49,994 bases of DNA from NCBI GenBank assembly GCA_964552725.1, contig CAZKHU010000005.1, positions 1 through 49,994 on the forward strand, read 5' to 3'. Positions 28,501 through 36,598 of this stretch are shown here, piece by piece (the first letter of the stretch is position 1; each line of letters starts with the position of its first letter). The DNA comes from an uncultured Syntrophus sp. (GTDB lineage: Bacteria > Desulfobacterota > Syntrophia > Syntrophales > UBA5619). The notes below the pieces were generated by a model. It ran no database searches and was not told the DNA's origin. It saw only the letters and a program-made list of their open reading frames with translations. The translations under genes were made by a program, and so were the position numbers.

Positions 28501-29023
28501 CCTTAATCCTCAGTATTGCCGCTGAATTACCCTTCTCAGATGGAAGCCCCTCTTTTTGCAAGGCATTCGTTCTGGCCGAAAACTTGCCGTAATAATACTT
28601 TAATTCCTTAAAACTGGCATGCCATTTTTTGAGCATCTCATTGAATTTTACAGATAGAATCTGTCCCTGGTCGGCGCCGCGCAAGCTCATTTCGTGAATA
28701 TTGAGGTCCCCGCTTTTTAGCCGTTCTATATTGCCCTCCAATTTAAAAATCGCCCCTCCTACCTTGTGGGACAGAAAAAGGGTAAGGAACAGAGTGAAAA
28801 GAACGGCCAGTATAATCTCAAAAAGCACCACAAAAATAATTATCGGGACAAGTTTCACCTCGGTCTTTTGCACTGCGTAAACAAGGGATGCATAAAAGGT
28901 TGCATTCCCCTTCGGCAAGATGAGCAAAAAGAACAAGACGCTTAATATTGATATTGCCGCCATCCCTATGCAAAATCGGGCGATAAAGCCCCATTTGAAA
29001 CGACTGTCGATATATTCGTTCAT
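28454..29023 (-). CDS. Two-TM HAMP-domain membrane protein with no output domain
   Basis: TM2 is followed by SHKVGGAIFKLEGNIERLKSGDL (HAMP-like). 189 aa. It overlaps the heptahaem gene start by 47 nt. Confidence 0.5.
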   Translation of the reverse strand: MNEYIDSRFKWGFIARFCIGMAAISILSVLFFLLILPKGNATFYASLVYAVQKTEVKLVPIIIFVVLFEIILAVLFTLFLTLFLSHKVGGAIFKLEGNIERLKSGDLNIHEMSLRGADQGQILSVKFNEMLKKWHASFKELKYYYGKFSARTNALQKEGLPSEKGNSAAILRIKDDAEKMQAVLDRFII

Positions 29024-29076
29024 CTTCTCTTCTCCCTTCGCACCCCCTGCGCCCGTTTATGAGGAGGCAATTCTTG

Positions 29077-31202
29077 TTAAAAAGGCCTCGAAACTGTCAA
29101 ATATATGGACTGCCGGCTGTAGGGACTGTTCGCGCCTGTCTCGTTGCGCCAATTGTGCTTGAGCTTGATCATTATCCGCCTTATGGAGAAATGCAATGCA
29201 TTTTCCATGCTATAAACCGTGCGCGCGGTGGAAGTTCCGGTTATTTGGCCTGCTGCATCGCCGGAATCCGTGACGGAATTATCCCATTCCCCGCGCAAGG
29301 TCATAGTAATAAAAAGGGCTCTCAGCGGCGCCGACCTGAAAATAAGCTGGCTGTAGAAGTAGCTTCTGTCGGTCTGGGAGCCGCCCCCTCCGCCCGACTC
29401 GCTGATCTGGCTGCTCAGCACACCGCCGCCGCTTATCGTGGCCATGTTAACCTCGGAAACGTAAGCAAGCCAGGCGTAGTTCATGTCGAGCTCGGTCGTG
29501 CGGGACAAATTGGAGTAGGGCTGAAACGTCGTATTCGCCCCCGCTTCCGTTGCCGCAACGATCGCGTCGTTTTTGCTGTCGTCCTGGCTGTAACGCAGTA
29601 AAGACTGAAGCTGAACCCGCGCCGAAGGGGAAACAGACCAGGCGCCGTTCGCTTGCCAGTTGGTCGTTCCGCCTCCTCCCGACGATGCGGACCTTATCGC
29701 CTGCGTCTGGAGGGTAACATTGGACTTCCACCAGTCATAGTCCCGGGAGGCGGAGGCGCCAAGCCCGGCGTTTCCGACTGCCTTGCTTGCGGCTACCGAT
29801 TGATTGCTGTTGTTCAACCCCATGTTTTCAAAGAAATTGAGATTCCAGAGCCCGACTTTCCTGTTGTAATTCATTCCGGCCGAGATATTTTCCGACGCGT
29901 TCGTCGCACCGCTTCCCGAATCCGTATATCCTGCCCCCATACTGGCGTTGACGCTAAGCTCGGGATTAAGCTGGCAGTTCGTGGAATTGGAGAAAAAAAG
30001 ATTCGTTCCCGCTCCCGCCTCCGAGCTGAAATAATAGACATTCAGGCTGCTGTTATTGCTGAATGCCTGCGACGGGCGATAACTGAAAGAGCTCGTCGAA
30101 TTGAGGTTAATGATGCTGCTTTCCTCCTGCAACCCCGTTTTAGGCGCTCTTTGGCCAATGATCCAGTTTATGCCGTTACTGATGATGGTGACCTCCACCC
30201 ACTGCGTCTGCAGGATGAGCGAACCGGCGCCGCCGATCGTCTCCGCTCCCGCCGGTTTGACGGTAACTCTGTTGGCCGTCGCATCGATCTTGACAATTGT
30301 GAAGGTGCGGCCGGCATCGCCCAGGGCGCTGGGGAGCGACGCCGTAAGATTCGCCAGAACGGCGTCAAACCTGACAATCTCATCAGCCCTGGTCAGCGTG
30401 TAATCGCTGTTTTTTGTTACCGTGGGGGAGGTAATGTCCTGAAATCTTCCCATTCTGCTCAACGAGTTAAACCGGAAATCCTGGCGAAAGGTCTTGCTTT
30501 CGGAAAATGTCTTTTCCAGATTCACCTGGGCGGCGTGCTCCCGGGTATTGTTGGTCTGCTCGATCTTGTCGGCCGTATCGGTAAAGGAATATGCGTAATT
30601 ACTTGAAAAACCGGAGAAGTCCTTATTGGCGCTGATTTGCAGACGTCGCACGCTTCTGTCGAGCCGCTGGTCTCCGTTCGAACCTTCCATACTGTTCTCG
30701 TCATAGTTGATGGCAACCGGAAAGGGCCGATAATTAAGGTTAAGCAACGCCCCATAATTTGTGTTCGTCTGCGATACCAGCGCGGAACCGGCGCTCGCCG
30801 TAAGAGGAACAAAACTGCTGAGGGACTCGCGGTTGGCGTAAAAAGAGGTATTGATGCGCCTCCCGGGAAAGAGCTCCGCCCTCGCATTGTACCCCAGATT
30901 GTCTATGCTCGAGGAGGCGCCGTTGGTCTCCGTATTGCCTTTGCCTATGGAAACGCCCAACTGGTAGTTCAGCAATCGGGGACTGAGGACAAAACTCTGG
31001 ACGTCAATCTTGTAGCGGTGTTCAAAGGAGCTGTAGGCGCTATGCTGGTCCTGACTGTCTTCCGTTTCATTCTTCGTTTCCACTTCAACCGCGCCGGCAA
31101 CATAATATTTCCCATAACGGGCCGCGGCGGCTGGAATCGTCCCCCCGAGAAGAAAAAAAAAACAATCAGCGCTGCGGCATGCCTAATCCCCGTAAACCTC
31201 AA
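29077..31202 (-). CDS. Large beta-barrel outer-membrane protein (porin-like), frameshifted in a T10 tract as assembled
   Basis: The main frame 29077..31083 is N/S/T/G/Y-rich with alternating strands and ends ...YLTVSRPF. A TTG at 31202 (RBS AAGGAG) encodes the signal-peptide-like MRFTGIRHAAALIVFFF. It runs into the homopolymer at 31153-31162, where the frame is lost by 1 nt. Confidence 0.6.
31153..31162 (-). repeat. Homopolymer (A10 on plus strand, T10 on the coding strand) inside the signal-peptide region of the barrel gene
   Basis: Counted directly: ...gagaag aaaaaaaaaa caatcag... Confidence 0.9.
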
Positions 31203-32199
31203 TTTTGGCGTTCTCCTTGAGAGACATTAGCAGATCGGCAAGCCTTTTTTCCACGGCTTTTTGCTCCAGTTCCTTTTTCAGTTTTTCCTTCACCTCTTCA
31301 AATTTCAACTGTTGCGGCGGGAACTTCTCCCCCGCCTTCAGGATATGATGACCGTAAAGGGAGGTCACGACGCCGCTCAGCTCCCCCGTCTTCAAGGCGA
31401 AGGCCGGTTTTTCGACATCGGGCTCCAGCCTGCCCCGGTGCACCACCCCCAGGTCGCCCCCCTTCACCCGGCTCGGGTCGTCGGAATTGTCCCAGGCGAG
31501 CCGCTGAAAGTCCTCTCCCTTTTTAAGCCGCACAAGCAGGGCCTCCGCCTTCTTTTTCAGTTTCTCCTTCTCCTCCCGCGGCGCCTCCGGCGGCACCCTG
31601 ATCAGGATATGAGAAAGACGCATCGCCTCCGGCTTCTGGAACTTCTCCCGGTTTTTCTGATAATAAGCGAGCAGCTCCGTATCTTTTAGCTCCGCCTTTT
31701 TATAGACCTCCTCCTTCAGGAAAAGCTCGGCCAGCATGATATGGTCGAGCTTTTTTCTCACATCCTTCTCGGTAAGGCCGTACTTTTTGAGAGCCTCCCG
31801 AAAGGCCTTTTTTGAGGGGTATTTCTTGACGATCTCGGCGAATCTTCTGTCGAGATCGTCTTTGGCCACCTTGTAACCCTTCTTGAGGCCTGCCCGGTAG
31901 AAAAGCTCCTCCTGGATCAAATTTTCGAGGGCCTTTTTCTCCAGCTCCTTTATCTTTTCCGGCGTCACATTGCGATGATAGGAAGCCTGGGGCAGAAGGG
32001 TCGCCACGGTCTCGTCGAGCTCGCTCTGAGTTACTACCATACCGTTTACTTTTGCCACAGTCTTAAGACGGGGATTTTGCTCCGCCGCAAAGAGCAGGGC
32101 AACGTTAAAAAAAACAAAAACGGCTACATACACCGTCATTGCGGGGTACCTGCGTAATATGCCAACCGGATCCTCGTCTATCAATACTTTTTTCTTCAC
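31183..32199 (-). CDS. Periplasmic PpiC-type peptidyl-prolyl isomerase / SurA-PrsA-like chaperone
   Basis: N-terminal TM/signal and a SurA-like helical N-domain. Parvulin block reads HILI....A....GEDF..LA...S.D...GGDLG....G.L. Confidence 0.85.
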   Translation of the reverse strand: MKKKVLIDEDPVGILRRYPAMTVYVAVFVFFNVALLFAAEQNPRLKTVAKVNGMVVTQSELDETVATLLPQASYHRNVTPEKIKELEKKALENLIQEELFYRAGLKKGYKVAKDDLDRRFAEIVKKYPSKKAFREALKKYGLTEKDVRKKLDHIMLAELFLKEEVYKKAELKDTELLAYYQKNREKFQKPEAMRLSHILIRVPPEAPREEKEKLKKKAEALLVRLKKGEDFQRLAWDNSDDPSRVKGGDLGVVHRGRLEPDVEKPAFALKTGELSGVVTSLYGHHILKAGEKFPPQQLKFEEVKEKLKKELEQKAVEKRLADLLMSLKENAKIEVYGD

Positions 32200-32232
32200 A
32201 GCATTTACCTTCGTTATTAAACTTGGCCGGTA

Positions 32233-33303
32233 TTATTTCAACAGATATTTTTTGTATTCTTCGGGATTTTCCTTCTTCCATCTCTCGCTGAGGTACTGAA
32301 ACACCTGCACCCGGTGGTTAAAGGAATCCCCTATATAGATCCTGTCTTTTTCATCCACATAGACGCCGGCCGGAAGCCAGAAATACCCGGGATCATGACC
32401 GGGGCCCCCGGTGAAAAGGAGAAGCTGTCCTTTTTCGTCAAATATCTGAAGGTTGTCAAATGCGGCGTCAGCCACATAGACGTGCCCCTCACTGTCAATG
32501 CCGATGCCTTTAGGCCGCGTAAATGTTCCGGGTGCATCACCGAGCTGTCCGAATCTCTTTATAAACTTGCCGTCTTTGTCAAAGACCTGAACCCTGAAGT
32601 TCTGAGTATCCACTATATAGACATTGCCGGTCTTTCTCTCGATGGCCGCATTGGAGGGATAATTAAACTCGCCGTCACCCGCTCCTCTCTGGCCAAAGGT
32701 GAAGAGCGGGTCTCCTTTGGTGGAATAGACATGCACCATATGTCCGTAGCTGTCCACGATATACAGCCTGCTGATATCGTTATTGATTGCAATGCCACCC
32801 GGGTTCTTGAACTCATCCTTTTTTCCGAGGGCGATTTTCAGATCACCTTTCGCGTCATAACCAAACACCCGTTTCTGCTTGGCATCGGCCACAAAAACTG
32901 TGCCGTCTTTAGAAACTGCAACACCTGCCGGCAGAGAAAGCTTTCCCGGTCCTTCCTGTCCTAAAAAGGTGACTTTTTGCTCCTTAGGGTTGAAGACAAA
33001 CAAACTGGCGCTATCCGTATCGGTGACATAAATATTATCGCCAAAGGCGGCAACACCGTAGGGTTTCCTGAGTTCCGTGCTGAAGGGTGTCTCCCCGAGA
33101 AGTGCTTCCAAAACCCCTGGCTTTTTAAAGTCGCCTTCTCCCTTATAGCTGTTAACATAGACCAGGCGCGGTTCTTCGGGAGGAAGGGGCCACAGCAGTT
33201 GAGCTTCCTTCTTGGGTGTGGGAGCGGCGCAGCCAAGCATCAAAGCAGCGATGATAGTCAAACTAAATATGCGCAAAAACTTAGTATTGTTGTGTACCAT
33301 CAT
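32233..33303 (-). CDS. NHL-repeat six-bladed beta-propeller lipoprotein (paralog 2)
   Basis: Lipobox LMLGCAAP and WPLPPEEPRLVY. Repeated YVxDxxNxRVQVF blades, ending VQVFQYL. Confidence 0.85.
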   Translation of the reverse strand: MMVHNNTKFLRIFSLTIIAALMLGCAAPTPKKEAQLLWPLPPEEPRLVYVNSYKGEGDFKKPGVLEALLGETPFSTELRKPYGVAAFGDNIYVTDTDSASLFVFNPKEQKVTFLGQEGPGKLSLPAGVAVSKDGTVFVADAKQKRVFGYDAKGDLKIALGKKDEFKNPGGIAINNDISRLYIVDSYGHMVHVYSTKGDPLFTFGQRGAGDGEFNYPSNAAIERKTGNVYIVDTQNFRVQVFDKDGKFIKRFGQLGDAPGTFTRPKGIGIDSEGHVYVADAAFDNLQIFDEKGQLLLFTGGPGHDPGYFWLPAGVYVDEKDRIYIGDSFNHRVQVFQYLSERWKKENPEEYKKYLLK

Positions 33304-33372
33304 GGTCCAAACCTATTCACGGTTAAGTAAACTTATCTTAATGATGTTTTGACGCCGCTATGAAAATCCCTC

Positions 33373-33432
33373 GTCATTCCTCAGGAGTTACGAATCCGGA
33401 AACCCTGAATTCCGGGTTGCTCGCGAAATAAC
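33373..33432. repeat. Degenerate REP-like element (GTCATTCC... type)
   Basis: GTCATTCCTCAGGAGTTACGAATCCGGAAACCCTGAATTCCGGGTTGCTCGCGAAATAAC resembles the GTCATTCCCGC/GGAATCC family seen at 26800. Confidence 0.3.
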
Positions 33433-33504
33433 AAAAACAGCGCTGTGTAAAATTAGGATTTTCTGCGGCACCCGTTACCATAAATCTGTAAAAGTATAAT
33501 TCCA

Positions 33505-33867
33505 TTACGTTTTCAAGATGGCATTAATCCAAGACCAGTTGGCCAGTTGCCGGATTGCTAACTTATTTGCCGCCATCTCTGCCAAGCCGAATTCGGCTTG
33601 AGTTGTGGCAACATCCAAGGCATCAAAGACGCGATTGGCGAAGTAGTCGCGTCTGAGTATGTTCCATAGTTGCTCCGCCGGATTCAGCTCCGGTGAATAG
33701 GGCGGCAGTCGAATAAAGGACATGTTCTTTGGAATCTTAAGCTCCTTGCTTCTGTGGGATGATGCTCCGTCCAGCACCATGACGATGAACTGGCCCGGGT
33801 GTGCTTTGCTGACTTGATCCAAGAAACGGGACATGTTTTCCGTACTGATTTGAGTCTGTCTCGCCAT
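33505..33867 (-). pseudogene. IS630-family DDE transposase, C-terminal remnant
   Basis: VLDGASSHRSKEL...LPPYSPELNPAEQLWNILR is the third catalytic block (DDE_3). Only about 120 of an expected ~340 aa are present. Confidence 0.7.
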
Positions 33868-33912
33868 GGCTCACCTCCATGTCGAGTATATATCACAGTG
33901 TCAACTTGAAAT

Positions 33913-33939
33913 AGTGGAGGAGACTTCTCTCCCCCCACT
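33913..33939 (-). terminator. Possible intrinsic terminator after the last small cytochrome gene
   Basis: Minus strand reads AGTGGGGGGAGA-GAAG-TCTCCTCCACT followed by ATTTCAAG. The stem is GC-rich, about 11 bp with one bulge. The U-run is short. Confidence 0.35.
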
Positions 33940-33957
33940 ATTTTTAAAGCAAATATT

Positions 33958-34701
33958 TCACTTCACATGGCAGGCTAAACATAGGGCGCTGCCGGTATTG
34001 CTTACTCTTAAGAACAGGGCGCCTGCCGTTCCACCACCGTCTACGCTGTCTCCCGAGGCAGCATGGGGATCGTGACAGCTCGAGCACTCAACTTTGGATG
34101 CCTCTGACACACCTTTTATTTCGGTTGCAGATAGTACCTTGGCCGTGGCAGAGGCTGTCCCATTCGGGGCCCTTAGACTTGCTTTAGCCGTGGTGTATAC
34201 AATGGATACAGGATGGTCATTGCCAAGCGCCTCTCCGATTCTGGTTACCCCATCAGGCATAAGAAGCGCGGTATCAAGACTGGTAACAGGGTTAGCCCAT
34301 GCCACCTTTGTACCGGCGGCGAGATATCCACCCGAACCAGCTTGATTAACAACAGAGTTGATGGCACTGACTCCGTCGTGGCAGGAGAGACATGCCTTTG
34401 TTACGGTATTCGGTGTGCTGTCGGGCGCAGTGCCTGCCAATGTATTCCCGTACATGGTATAGTTGCCTGTTGCTGCTGCCTTGTTCCATAGCGGGCCTGC
34501 TGCTGTATTGGCCATATGAGGAGTATGGCAGTACACGCAAATTTCATTGTTTTGACCACCACTATTGTCAATGCCATTGGAAGCGAGCGACAAATTATGT
34601 TTTGTTGTGATGATCCCCGCCTTGGCGATCTGGGCCACCATCAGGATCGAAACCATTGCGATCATGACCAAGAGCATTGTTTTTGTAATTGACTTTTTCA
34701 T
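33958..34701 (-). CDS. Small secreted tetrahaem c-type cytochrome (paralog A)
   Basis: Signal peptide plus CVYCH, CLSCH, CSSCH and CLACH. Shared scaffold is KHNLS..CxxCHTPH..PLWN..YTMY..CLSCHDG..NDHPVS..ECxxCHDPH..SALCxACHVK-stop. Strong RBS AGGAG. Confidence 0.85.
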   Translation of the reverse strand: MKKSITKTMLLVMIAMVSILMVAQIAKAGIITTKHNLSLASNGIDNSGGQNNEICVYCHTPHMANTAAGPLWNKAAATGNYTMYGNTLAGTAPDSTPNTVTKACLSCHDGVSAINSVVNQAGSGGYLAAGTKVAWANPVTSLDTALLMPDGVTRIGEALGNDHPVSIVYTTAKASLRAPNGTASATAKVLSATEIKGVSEASKVECSSCHDPHAASGDSVDGGGTAGALFLRVSNTGSALCLACHVK

Positions 34702-34839
34702 TTTTTCTCCTTTCAGTTAGTTTCTATGAAATCATTTCTTTTTTCAACTTTTCTTCTGTCCGAAAAATCCCCCTGCCTCATCTCCCTTTGCATTCTTTCC
34801 TTAAGACTAAACTATCAAGCCGCTTTGTATTAATGATGG

Positions 34840-34855
34840 AGCACATACCATGCCA
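34840..34855 (-). promoter_or_regulatory. Sigma54 (-24/-12) promoter candidate
   Basis: Minus strand TGGCATGGTATGTGCT against consensus TGGCACG-N4-TTGCW. The GG and GC are correctly spaced. It lies about 140 nt upstream of the ATG at 34701. Confidence 0.6.
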
Positions 34856-34876
34856 GCAGTTACTATTGCCGATTCC

Positions 34877-35551
34877 CTATTTGATGTGGCATCTCAGGCA
34901 AAGGGCGCTGCCGCCGTTGGTTGCCCGCAGGAACGGCGCGTTTGTATTGTCGTGCACATTGTGGCAACTCGCGCATTCCACCTGGTTCTTCAAAGTCCCA
35001 TAGAGGGGCAGGCCGTTTACCGCGCCGCTTGCCGGCACAACAAAGGCCGGGTCTTTTGAGGCATCGTAGGTTACCGATATGGGGTGGTCGTTGCTCAGGT
35101 CGGAGCCCAGCATGGCCGAGGGACTTGTCGCTGCCGTCATCGTGTTTCCGGCGGCATTCCACGTCCAGCCGCTGGGAGCGCCGCTGCCGGAGCCGGGTTT
35201 GTTGAGCAGGGAATCGAAGGCCACTGTGCCGTCATGGCAGGACAGACAGGCCGCCGACACCCCCTGGGGATTGGCCGCTACGGTCATATCAATGGTGGCG
35301 CTGACGCTGCTGCTGTACATGGTGTAGGTTGCCGCGGAAGCCGATCTGTTCCACAGCGGCGCTGAGGAAGAAGAAAAATGCGGCGTATGGCAAAACACGC
35401 AAACCTGGTCAGTGCCGGTTGTTTTATAGGGAGAGCCGCCCGTGGCGGAGGAAAGGTCGTGTTTGGAACCCACCACCGAGGCTGCCCGGAGCGCCGGGAC
35501 ATTAAAGAATATGATCATTATGCCTGTTAAAAGAAAAACTTTGCATTTCAT
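34877..35551 (-). CDS. Small secreted tetrahaem c-type cytochrome (paralog B)
   Basis: Starts MKCKVFLLTGIMIIFFNVPALRA. Haem sites CVFCH, CLSCH, CASCH and CLRCH. The ORF-track extension to 35710 only translates a REP element. Confidence 0.85.
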   Translation of the reverse strand: MKCKVFLLTGIMIIFFNVPALRAASVVGSKHDLSSATGGSPYKTTGTDQVCVFCHTPHFSSSSAPLWNRSASAATYTMYSSSVSATIDMTVAANPQGVSAACLSCHDGTVAFDSLLNKPGSGSGAPSGWTWNAAGNTMTAATSPSAMLGSDLSNDHPISVTYDASKDPAFVVPASGAVNGLPLYGTLKNQVECASCHNVHDNTNAPFLRATNGGSALCLRCHIK

Positions 35552-35580
35552 CTTTGCGTTTACCAGATTCGTAGTCTCTC

Positions 35581-35603
35581 CTGGGTGATATGCCCCACCC
35601 ACA
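35581..35603. repeat. Single copy of the 22-bp motif TGGGTGATATGCCCCACCCACA
   Basis: Identical to 36599-36620. It lies 30-52 nt upstream of the paralog B start codon. Confidence 0.7.
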
Positions 35604-35623
35604 TGCGTCATTTCACCCAATTT

Positions 35624-35685
35624 GTCATTGCGAGGGCGAATCCCGTGGCAGTCCCATGAGATTGCTTCGCTTCGCTCGCAATGAC
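35624..35685. repeat. REP-like element (GTCATTGCGAG ... CTCGCAATGAC)
   Basis: 11-bp perfect inverted arms at 35624-35634 and 35675-35685. It translates to the recurrent RFARND peptide seen in spurious ORFs. Confidence 0.6.
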
Positions 35686-35694
35686 AGGACAAAG

Positions 35695-36393
35695 TCACTT
35701 GTTGTGACATTTATAGCAAAGAGCGCTCCCCGTATTCGCTATCCTCAAAAAAGGCACCCTGGCCGGATCGTGGACATTATGGCAGGTGGCACATTCCACC
35801 TTGCCGGAGAAAAGCGGCACGTCGGACCAGCCCTTTTGAAAATCCGGAGGGACCAGAAACCCCGCATCCTGGGCCGCCGTCGGATAAATCATCGAAATGG
35901 GGTGGTCATTCGTGAGATTGGGACCGACCGCCGGTATTGAGTACATTGATCCGCCATGAGAGTCGTGACACGCGGCGCAGCTTATGGAATAAGTCCCCGT
36001 CAAACCTGAACCCGGCGCATTGATAACTGCGTGGGTATAAGTCGCAGTCGCAGCCTCGGGGGCGCTGACGCTGTCGTGGCAACCCAGGCAGGCCAGCGAA
36101 AGCCCGCTGGGCCGGGAGGGGATTGTTGTGTCTATGGTCGGACTGGTGTACATGGTAAAGGCGTCAAAGTTGAAATCGGCGCTTTTTTTATTCCACAGGG
36201 GAGCGGCAATTGTGGCGCTTGCAAAATGGGGGGTATGGCAGTGGACGCAAACCTCTCCTCCGGCCACGCTGATATCGTGCTTCGATCCTACCACCGAGGC
36301 GGCCCGGACAGCCGGCGCATTAAACGCCATGACTGTTATCATTGTGAAAAGAAAAACTTTCTGCCTGATTTGTTTGCCCATCAACTCCGCCAT
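35695..36393 (-). CDS. Small secreted pentahaem c-type cytochrome (paralog C)
   Basis: Signal peptide ...AFNAPAVRA. Haem sites CVHCH, CLGCH, CAACH, CATCH and CYKCH. Same scaffold as A and B with one inserted haem site. An alternative start is Met5 at 36381. Confidence 0.85.
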   Translation of the reverse strand: MAELMGKQIRQKVFLFTMITVMAFNAPAVRAASVVGSKHDISVAGGEVCVHCHTPHFASATIAAPLWNKKSADFNFDAFTMYTSPTIDTTIPSRPSGLSLACLGCHDSVSAPEAATATYTHAVINAPGSGLTGTYSISCAACHDSHGGSMYSIPAVGPNLTNDHPISMIYPTAAQDAGFLVPPDFQKGWSDVPLFSGKVECATCHNVHDPARVPFLRIANTGSALCYKCHNK

Positions 36394-36457
36394 CTCTCCA
36401 GTGCGCTCTCCCGCATCCGCTGCGTAATTTCAGAGGCCTGTTTATTGTAATCTCGAA

Positions 36458-36473
36458 AGCAAAAGGCGCGCCG
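36458..36473 (-). promoter_or_regulatory. Sigma54 (-24/-12) promoter candidate
   Basis: Minus strand CGGCGCGCCTTTTGCT. GG and GC are separated by 10 nt and the TTGCT -12 box is present. It lies about 65-77 nt upstream of the paralog C start. Confidence 0.55.
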
Positions 36474-36598
36474 GGAATTAGAAGTCAGCAAAAAAACGCT
36501 CCGGACGGATCATTGATATTACGACAAGGGGAAATTCCTCCCTCATGACTGGTTCAAAAAGGGACTTTCCCCCCCCGGCAACCAACATAATCCCATTG

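Noticed and set aside
35604-35619. Weak sigma54-like TGGGTGAAATGACGCA upstream of paralog B
   Set aside because: Only the GG and GC dinucleotides match, and the flanking consensus positions are mostly wrong. Paralog B may instead be co-transcribed with paralog C.
35552-35710. ORF-track N-terminal extension of paralog B (MSQQVTLSCHCERSEAISWDCHG...), which appears to add extra CH motifs
   Set aside because: This stretch is the translation of the REP-like palindrome at 35624-35685 and overlaps the stop of paralog C. The Met at 35551 is followed by a normal signal peptide.
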